A DNA stretch of 64,000 nucleotides. It comes from Leucoraja ocellata. Its lineage: Eukaryota. Shown in pieces: positions 57,101-64,000 of the stretch. The first letter of the stretch is position 1; each line of letters starts with the position of its first letter. The stretch lies in NCBI GenBank assembly GCA_036785375.1, contig JAWMAR010000801.1:434001-498000 (forward strand), read 5' to 3'. The position numbers and the translations under genes are program-made. The notes below the pieces were generated by a model. It saw only the letters and a list, made by a program, of their open reading frames with translations. It had not been told where the DNA came from and ran no database searches.

Positions 57101-60100
57101 ATCCTGACCTCGGGTGCTGTCTAGGCTGGGATTGCACGTTCTCCCTTTCACTGCCTGTGATCCCCCCAAGTTTTTAACAGAGGATGATACTGACCTGATG
57201 TAGTGGTGGTCCCAGATGTTGATGGAGTTATTTCTAGTGAAATAAAAAAATGTTATGTTCCACCGAGACAAACAAGAGGAATTGTTATGCAGTTTAGAAT
57301 CTTTCAACAAGAATTTATCAACTGCTACCTTTTAATAAAACATGTTACACTTGATATTTCCTTCATCATAGAAAAACGTAGGAGGACATAGTATGCTGCT
57401 AAATTTATTTATCTGTCAATTAGCATATTAATATTTCCCTGCCATCTCGAACAATCATGACACATCGATTGTGGATATCCCTGCGTATCGAAACACGTCT
57501 TCCATACACTGTATGGTCTTCTTTACGCCATTATTACTAGCAGTATAGTTTCACGATTCATGCCCATAATGTGAGCGAAGATCAAAGGATGGAGCCACAG
57601 TGCTGATGTTAGAAATGTTGCCCCATTGTCTAAAGATTAGCCAATGTTTACTAAAAGTGGTTTGACTCACCTGTTGTGGAACTGGTGGTGGACTCAGTTG
57701 AGCCAGTTGTCAAAGATGTTGTTGGTGTTGTTCCTGGAGAGCAAATAGAAAAGAAATTACAGATTGAATTGCAAGAGTCAGCAATCAATTTCAGTAGGAC
57801 TCTGCACATTTTCCTGAGACTGGGATGAATGTTATCAATGTTCATTGCTCATGCCTAAGCAAAGGACATTTAGAAATGAACCAAATTTTGCTTCATCATT
57901 TATCAAATGGAACTAAATCATGAAAAGACATTGTGATTTCTTGGAGAAAGTTCTGAACTCCTTCGTTGATCCATTTTGGAAAATCATGGAGCTGAAACAA
58001 AATTGTTTAATAACGTTTTCATGACCAAAAACTCCCAGAATAGTGGAAGAGGGGAAGGGAAGAAACTTTTCTACCAAAGTGAAAATCCTTGTCAATCAGC
58101 AGCTGAATATTTCAGGGCCATCACAAACAATTTCAATTTCTTAATGTACCAACTTCAGATTTTGTGGAAGCTCAGCAAGTATTCGAAGAACTACTGATCA
58201 GAAATTTAGAACATAAGGAGCGGTAAAGTGCCACAGCTGGTGCAACTCCTACCTCACAGCACCAGAGACTTCAGATTGATTTGTTCCGTGGGTATTGTGT
58301 GCATGGAGATTACATGTACTCCCTGTTATGTGTGCCTTTCCTACAAGTGTCTGAAATATATTGTCACTAACCTGATGTAGTACTGGTAGTGGTCTCAGTT
58401 GTTGATGTAGTTGTTGGTGTTTCTAGTGAAAGAAAAGAATGCAATATTCAACCAAGACAGCCAGGTGGAATTGGTATACAGCTAACTATTGGCAGTCAGG
58501 AAACAATCAGCAGGAATTCATATGCTGGCACACTTAATTAAAATGTTTATCAGATGGCATTTTGATTCTTCATTGAATGTGTTCATTCGAATCATAGTTT
58601 TGTTTTTTGCTACGGAATATCCGAAGAAATTGAGAAGCAGAAAACACCAACTTATATCCTTCACAAATCCGAACTATTTAGAAATTGTGAAATAATGTGG
58701 TCAAATTGTTAAGAGCCAAACATTGACATCTTAACATGTATATTTGCACAATTTATGCCAATAATGTAAGCAAATATGCAAGAGTAAGTCACAAAGCTGA
58801 TGTTAGCAATGTTGGCTCATTGTCTTTGATTTGCCAATGTTTATTGAAAGTGGTTTGACTCGCCTGTTGTGGAACTGGAGGTGGACTCAGTTGTACCAGT
58901 TGTCAAAGATGTTGTTGGTGTTGTTCCTGGAGAGCAAATAGAAAAGCATTTACAAATTAAATTGCAAGAGTCACCAATCAATTTCAGTACGACACTGCAC
59001 ATTTTGCTGAGACTGGGCTGAATTTTAACAATGTTCATTGCTCGTGCCTAAGCAAAGGATATTTAGAAGTTAAACAAATTTTGCTTCGTCATTTATCAAT
59101 TGGACCGAAATTATGAAAAGACATCGTGATTTTTTAAAGAAAGATCTAAACTCCTTCATTGATCCATTTTGGAAAAATCATTGATCAGAAACAAATCTGT
59201 TTCACAGCGTTGCCATGACCAAAAACTCCCGGAATAGTTGGAGAGGCGAAGGGAAGAGACTATTTCTATAAAAGTGAAAATTCTTATCCATGTCTACTGA
59301 AACGTTCCAGCCTGAATGCTCTTTTAAAAATTATAGTGGTCTTCCTGCTCCAAAGGGCCTCCTTAATTTGGCAGTAGCTTCTAAATTTACGTGGTGAGAA
59401 ACTACATTTTTGGAATAAAGCAATGAACAAATGTTCCTGAAGAGGGTGCTATATAGAGCTTCACTAAACAAAGCACAGAGTCCAAAAGTAAAATCTAACA
59501 AGAATGATAGATGATGTTACTAACCTGAAGTAGTGCTGGTGGTGGCCTCAGTTGTTGGTGTCGTTTCTAGTGAAAGAAAATAATGCTGTATTCAAGTGGG
59601 GCAGCCAAGAGGAATTGTTACACAGTTATAAAGCCATCAACAAGAATTCATGAGCTGGCACATTTTATGAAAATGTTTTACTATATAGATTGGTTACTTC
59701 TTACTAATGTAAGCGAAGATAAACTGCTCAGCAAAAACAGACTGTGTCCCTCGCGGGCTCTCCAAGGAGTTCAGCGCCCAGCTCGCCTATTTCACCACCT
59801 CCACTAGGTGGGTCTCCGGTGCCGTCACCGACCTCTTCCCCGTCACTTCACCGATGAATTGAATAAGGAGTGAGGCCATACTATACGGCTGCATTACTAT
59901 TTCCTGGTCAATCAGCAGCTGAATATTTCAGGCCATCACAAAAAATTTCAATTTCTTAATGTACCAAATTCAGATTTTGTGGAAGCTCAGCAAGTATTCT
60001 AAGAACTACTGATCAGAACATTAGAACATAAGGAGCGGTAAAGTGCCACAGCTGGTGCAACTCTTTCCTCAAAGTACCAGATAATTCAGATTGATTTATT

Positions 60101-60278
60101 CCATGGGTGTTGTGTGCATGGAGATTATATGGATGTTTATGTTACATGTTGTGTCCTGTTTATGCATTTTATGATTTTGTTAACCCATCTTTATGCTTTG
60201 TATGGAACTGATTTTTAAATTATGTAAAGCACTTTGGGGTCAATGAAAATTGACTATAAATGTGCTATATAAATAAAC

Positions 60279-60338
<60 letters not shown>

Positions 60339-63300
60339 GTACCTGTTATGTGTGCCTTTCCTACAATTATCTGAAATATATTGTCACTAACCTGATGTAG
60401 TACTGGTAGTGGTCTCAGTTGTTGATGTAGTTGTTGGTGTTACTACTGAAAGAAAATAATGCAATATTCAACCAAGACAGCCAAGCGGTATTGATATACA
60501 GCTAACTGCTGGTAGTCAGGAAACCATCAGCAGGAATTCATATGCTAGCACCTTTATTAAAATGTTTAACAGAGAGCATTTTTTTCCTTCGTAGAAAAAT
60601 TGGCCGGGCAAAATATACTTTTGATCAATCAGCTGCTGAATATTTCTGTGCCATAACAAATAAACCTGTTCTCTCTACACACCATTTGCGGATTTCCTGG
60701 TAGATCCACCGTCTACCAAAGACCGCCAGGTCTACTTAATACCATAACTTCTAATAGTATGGAATGTGTGCACTATGGGTAAGCATGTTTGTTCATATGT
60801 CCCATTGATACATGATCCTCAACTTGCGTAAAATGTGTTCATTATAATCATGGTTTTGTTTTTTGCTACGGACTGCCCAAAGAAAATGAGAAGCAGAAAA
60901 CACCAACTCATTTCCTTTACAAATCCGGACTATATTGAAATTGTGTCATAATTTGGTAAAATTTTTATGAGCCAAACATTGACATCTTAACATGTATATT
61001 TGCACAATTTATGCCAATAATGTAAGCAAATATGCATGAAGTAAGTCACAAAGCTGATGTTAGCAATGTTGGCTCATTGTCTTTGATTTGCCAATGTTTA
61101 TTGAAAGTGGTTTGACTCACCTGTTGTGGAACTGGAGGTGGACTCAGTTGTACCAGTTGTCAAAGATGTTGTTGGTGTTGTTCCTGGAGAGTAAATAGAA
61201 AAACATTTACAAATTGAATTGCAAAAGTCACCAATCAATTTCAGTACGACACTGCACATTTTCCTGAGATTGGGCTGAATTTTAACAATGTTCATTGCTC
61301 GTGCCAAAGACAAAGACATTTAGAAGCAAATTTTGCTTCGTCATTTATCAATTGGCCCGAAATTATGAAAAGACATTGTGATTTTTCAAGGAAAGTTCTA
61401 AACTCCTTCGTTGATCAATTTTGGAAAAATCAATGAGCAGAAACAAAACTGTTTCACAGCGTTGCCATGACCTAAGCCTCCCGGAATAGTGGAAGAGGTG
61501 AAGGGAAGAGACCTATTCTATAAAAGTAAAAATCCTTATCCATGTCCACTGAAAGGTGCCAGTCTCAATGCTCTTTTTTAAAATTATTGCAGGCAATCAG
61601 CACCAAAAGGCCTCCTTAATTCAGTAGTTGAATCTACATTTTCGTGCTGAGAATCTACATTTTTGGAATAAAGCAACGATCAAATGTTCCTGAAGAGCGT
61701 GCTATATAGAGCTTCACAAAACAAAGCATAGAGTCCTAAAGGAAAAGCTAACAAGATTGATAGATGATGTTACTAACCTAATGTAGTGCTGGTGGTGATC
61801 TCAGTTGTCGGTGTCGTTTCTAGTGAAAGAAAAGAATGCTGTATTCAAGTGGACAGCCAAGAGGAATTTGTACACAGTTCTTGAGCCATCAACAGGAATT
61901 CATGAGCTGCCAGATTTTATGAAAACGTTTTACAAGTTGTCATTTTCTTCATCAGTATATAAAGCATGCGGCGATACTATATGGCTGCATTACTTTTTCC
62001 TTGTCAATCACCAGCTGAATATTTCAGGGCCATCACTTTCAATTTCTTAATGTACCAACTTCAGATTTTGTGGAAGCTCAGCAAGTATTCTAAGAACTAC
62101 TGATCAGAAATTTAGAACATAAGGAGCGGTAAAGTGCCACAGCTGGTGCAACTCCTACCTCACAGCACCAGAGACTTCAGATTGATTTGTTCCGTGGGTG
62201 TTGTGTGCATGGAGATTACATGTACTCGCTGTTATGTGTGCCTTTCCTACAAGTGTCTGAAATATATTGTCACTAACCTGATGTAGTACTGGTAGTGGTC
62301 TCAGTTGTTGATGTAGTTGTTGGTGTTTCTAGTGAAAGAAAATAACGCAATATTCAACCAAGACAGCCAAGAGGAATTGGTATACAGCTAAGGATTGGTA
62401 GTCAGGAAACCATCAGCAGGAATTCATATGCTGGCACACTTAATTAAAATGTTTAACAGATGGTATTTTTGTTCTTCGTAGAATAAAATGGCTGGGCAAA
62501 ATATACTTTTGATTAATCAGCAACTGAATAATTCGGTGCCATCACAAATAATCCTGTTCTATCTATAGACCCGTTGCGAATTTCCTGGAAGATCAACCGT
62601 CTTCCAAAGACCGCAAGGTCTACTTAATACCATTATTTCTAATACCATTATTCGTTGATCCATTTTTGAAAAATCTTTGAGCTGAAACAAAACAGTTTAA
62701 CTGCGTTGCATTGACCAATGGTTGTGGTCTCAGTTGTTGGTGTCGTTTCTAGTGAAAGAAAACAATGTTGTATTCAAGTGGGGCAGCCAAGAGTAAATTG
62801 TACGTAGTTATACAGCCATCAACAGGTATTCATGGGCTGGCACATTTTATTAAAACCTTTTATCAGTTGTCATTTTCTTCATCATTGAATAAAGCGTTTG
62901 CCATGTATACATCTGAATTAGTTTTTCCTTGTCTTTCAGAAATTGCAGCTGATCAGGCGTTTAGAAAGATTGAGTTGGCACAGATGTGCAGCTGGAAGAG
63001 CTGCAGCCTCATAGTGTTAGGGATTTGTATTCTATCCTGACCTCGGGTGCTGTCTAGGCTGGGATTGCACGTTCTCCCTTTCACTGCCTGTGATCCCCCC
63101 AAGTTTTTAACATAGGATGATACTGTCTGATGTACTGGTGGTCCCAGATGTTGATGGAGTTATTTCTAGTGAAATAAAAAAAATGTTATGTTCCACCGAG
63201 ACAAACAAGAGGAATTGTTATGCAGTTTAGAATCCTTCAACAAGAATTTATCAACTGGCACCTTTTAATAAAACATGTTACACTTGATATTTCCTTCATC

Positions 63301-63668
63301 ATAGAAAAATGTAGGAGGACATAGTGTGCTGCTAAATTTATTTATCTCTGTCAATTAGCATATTAATATTTTCCTGCCAACTCGAACAATCATGCCACAT
63401 CGATTGCGGATATCCCTGCGTATCGAAACACGTCTTCCTTACACTGTATGGTCTTCTTTACGCCATTATTACTAGCAGTATAGTTGCACGATTCATGCCC
63501 ATAACGTGAGCGAAGATAAAAGAATGGAGCCACAGTGCTGATGTTAGAAATGTTGCCCCATCGTCTAAAGATTAGCCAATGTTTACTAAAAGTGGTTTGA
63601 CTCACCTGTTGTGGAACTGGTGGTGGACTCAGTTGTGCCAGTTGTCAAAGATGTTGTTGGTGTTGTTC
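108..63668 (-). CDS. Internal portion of a very large multi-exon mucin-like (Thr/Ser/Pro-rich) gene; ~98 short symmetric exons, ~1,670 aa in this window; both gene ends lie outside it
   Basis: The minus strand shows repeated Y-tract-AG / exon / GT(G,T,C)AGT blocks, all multiples of 3 and phase 1-1. One unit in transcript order reads ETTPTTETTTSTTS-ETTPTTEITTSTTS-GTTPTTSLTTGTTESTSSSTT-(V)VTPTTTSTTENTTSTTS-GTTPTTSLTTGTTESTSSSTT-ETPTTTSTTETTTSTTS-GTTPTTSLTTGSTESTTSSTT-EITPSTSGTTTTS. I saw no stop or indel in the 95 intact exons, while introns carry many indels. Confidence 0.88.
584..646 (-). CDS. Exon type A1, 63 nt (GTTPTTSLTTGSTESTTSSTT)
   Basis: Acceptor tttctatttgctctccag|GAACAAC, donor ACAACAG|gtgagt. 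The peptide is visible inside ORF 564..758(-). Other copies start at 5506, 10653, 15469, 20617, 26470, 31387, 39393, 44538, 48723, 52433, 57671, 63606. Confidence 0.88.
1285..1335 (-). CDS. Exon type B, 51 nt (ETPTTTSTTETTTSTTS)
   Basis: Acceptor ttcttttctttcactag|AAACACC, donor CATCAG|gttagt. Other copies start at 6207, 11354, 16170, 21318, 27171, 32088, 40093, 45239, 49424, 50793, 53134, 58372, 62278. Confidence 0.85.
2007..2098 (-). mobile_element. 92-bp retroelement fragment with 8-bp target-site duplication (gaaagtgg)
   Basis: Absent from most A2 modules; TSD at 1999-2006 and 2099-2106. The minus strand reads agggtttcggcccgaaacgttgcctat...gatgctgctgcacccgctgagtttctccagcttttttgtgt. Family assignment (Penelope-like terminal repeat or SINE) and strand are from recall only. 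Confidence 0.8.
2117..2179 (-). CDS. Exon type A2, 63 nt (GTTPTTSLTTGTTESTSSSTT)
   Basis: Same splice signals as A1. Other copies start at 6939, 12086, 16902, 28003, 32820, 34249, 35678, 40825, 46071, 50155. Confidence 0.88.
2818..2871 (-). CDS. Exon type B', 54 or 51 nt depending on the tandem acceptor ((V)VTPTTTSTTE[N/T]TTSTTS)
   Basis: Acceptor ttattttctttCAG-TAG-TAACACC (NAGNAG), donor CATCAG|gttagt. Other copies start at 7640, 12786, 17603, 28704, 33521, 34950, 36379, 41526, 46772, 55175, 60392. The copy at 23367 is interrupted. Confidence 0.83.
3546..3608 (-). CDS. Exon type A3, 63 nt (GTTPTTSLTTGTTESTSSSTT)
   Basis: Acceptor tttttctatttactctccag, donor gtgagt. Other copies start at 8368, 13512, 18331, 24184, 29430, 37107, 42254, 47500, 55904, 61121. 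Confidence 0.88.
4204..4245 (-). CDS. Exon type C, 42 nt (ETTPTTEITTSTTS)
   Basis: Acceptor ttcttttctttcactag|AAACGAC, donor CATCAG|gttagt. Other copies start at 9024, 14168, 18989, 24841, 30086, 37764, 42911, 56561, 61778. Confidence 0.85.
4935..4976 (-). CDS. Exon type C', 42 nt (ETTPTTETTTSTTS)
   Basis: Acceptor ttattttctttcactag, donor gttagt. Other copies start at 9755, 14899, 19720, 25572, 30817, 38495, 43642, 48154, 51533. A truncated copy lies at ~62719. Confidence 0.85.
22049..22111 (-). CDS. A-type exon with non-canonical GC donor
   Basis: The + strand reads tgactcGcctg instead of tgactcAcctg, giving CAG|gcgagt. The same occurs at 53856-53918 and 58864-58926. Confidence 0.55.
22708..22749 (-). 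CDS. Exon type C'', 42 nt (ETTPTTETTTSTTS) of the variant block
   Basis: Acceptor ctttcactag, donor CTTCAG|gttagt. Other copies at 54516-54557 (P>S) and 59525-59566 (T>A). Confidence 0.78.
22865..23040. other. ~175-bp partly GC/CpG-rich foreign segment in the variant-block intron (also ~54673-54848 and ~59682-59857)
   Basis: It replaces the short caagttgtcattttcttcatc stretch of normal C introns. Its composition is unlike the AT-rich array and I found no clear TSD. Confidence 0.6.
23367..23508 (-). pseudogene. Disrupted B' exon (pseudo-exon)
   Basis: An 85-bp insertion plus duplicated target lies inside the exon, giving a frameshift and TGA in the mucin frame. The donor has changed from gttagt to gttaat. 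Confidence 0.75.
23414..23498 (+). mobile_element. 5'-truncated non-LTR retrotransposon 3' end with (GAATCT)3 tail
   Basis: Unique 85 bp ending aattaaaatt-gaatct-gaatct-gaatct, flanked by duplicated (t)ggt. Absent from the other 12 B' copies. Confidence 0.72.
27893..27984 (-). mobile_element. Second copy of the 92-bp insertion at the homologous site
   Basis: Same sequence and gaaagtgg TSD as 2007-2098. Confidence 0.8.
32820..37106. repeat. Local triplication of the 1429-bp A2+B' segment
   Basis: A-type exons fall at 32820, 34249, 35678, 37107 and B' exons at 33521, 34950, 36379, an exact 1429-bp period. Confidence 0.92.
45961..46052 (-). mobile_element. Third copy of the 92-bp insertion at the homologous site
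   Basis: Same sequence and gaaagtgg TSD as 2007-2098. Confidence 0.8.
60132..60331 (+). mobile_element. 5'-truncated LINE/SINE 3' end (L2/CR1-group-like) with stem-loop, AATAAA and (TTA)n tail
   Basis: 200 bp between attatatg duplications (60124-60131 and 60332-60339); the empty site is seen at ~55115. Contains agcac..gtcaat-gaaa-attgac..gtgct, then tatataaataaa. Confidence 0.8.
60279..60335. repeat. (TTA)19 microsatellite, tail of the inserted element
   Basis: Direct reading. Confidence 0.95.
62716..62748 (-). pseudogene. Truncated C' exon lacking its normal donor
   Basis: A ~311-bp deletion joins intronic ...tgaccaa to exonic tggttgtggtctc.... The acceptor is intact. Confidence 0.65.
63127..63165 (-). 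pseudogene. D exon with destroyed donor
   Basis: The + strand reads tactgtctgatg versus tactgacctgatg in the 8 other D copies, so CAG|gtcagt has become CAG|acagta. Confidence 0.65.
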
Positions 63669-64000
63669 CTGGAGAGCAAATAGAAAAAAAATTACAGATT
63701 GAATTGCAAGAGTCAGCAACCAATTTCAGTAGGACTCTGCACATTTTCCTGAGACTGGGATGAATGTTATCAATGTTCATTGCTCATGCCTAAGCAAAGC
63801 ACATTTAGAAATGAACCAAATTTTGCTTCATCATTTATCAATTGGAACAAAATCATGAAAAGACATTGTGATTTTTTGAAGAAAGTTCTGAACTCCTTCG
63901 TTGATCCATTTTGGAAAATCATTGAGCAGAAACAAAATTGTTTAATAACGTTTTCATGACCAAAAACTCCCAGAATAGTGGAAGAGGGGAAGGGAAGAAA

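Larger units (their letters stand above)
1..64000. repeat. Nested tandem array: ~0.5-0.8 kb exon+intron modules within ~4.8-5.15 kb units (about 12 plus partial ends), partly paired into ~10 kb higher-order repeats
   Basis: A1-to-A1 spacings are 4922, 5147, 4816, 5148, 5853, 4917, 8006, 5145, 4185, 3710, 5238, 5935 bp. Near-identical ORFs recur at these periods. Confidence 0.97.

Noticed and set aside
108-63668. Assigning a gene symbol such as MUC2 or MUC5AC
   Set aside because: Only low-complexity PTS sequence is present; no diagnostic domain lies in the window.
116-63780. The many recurring 60-112 aa ORFs of the six-frame track as independent small genes
   Set aside because: They recur only because the DNA repeats, show no recognisable protein family, and are broken by frameshifts in sister copies. 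Only the Thr/Ser-rich part bounded by splice sites is credible.
1-64000. CRISPR array or prokaryotic repeat system
   Set aside because: The sequences between the conserved motifs are hundreds of bp long and themselves repeated. There are no unique spacers or cas-like ORFs, and the spliceosomal signals and retroelement tails indicate a eukaryote.
1-64000. Pure non-coding satellite DNA
   Set aside because: Four different exon lengths all keep AG/GT boundaries, a multiple of 3, phase 1 and Thr/Ser coding on the same strand, which is unlikely without a coding history.

Overview
The whole 64-kb window is eukaryotic (probably vertebrate) DNA forming one nested tandem repeat. It is best read as the interior of a single minus-strand gene, not as the many short ORFs in the six-frame track. 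By hand I count 98 short exons (39, 42, 51/54 or 63 nt), about one every 0.5-0.8 kb. Each is bounded by a pyrimidine-tract/AG acceptor and a GT (three times GC) donor, is a multiple of 3, and is phase 1-1. Spliced, they encode about 1,670 aa of mucin-type PTS sequence; the canonical 8-exon, 138-aa unit is about 76% Thr+Ser. No start, stop or folded domain lies in the window, so the gene cannot be named. The exon+intron modules form a ~4.8-5.15 kb unit and a ~10 kb higher-order pair. Variation includes a local triplication, whole-exon deletions, three damaged exons, GC donors, a NAGNAG acceptor and three kinds of short retroelement insertion. One insertion resembles repeats I recall from skate/shark genomes (inference only). 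Coordinates and counts were read manually and may be off by a base or two.
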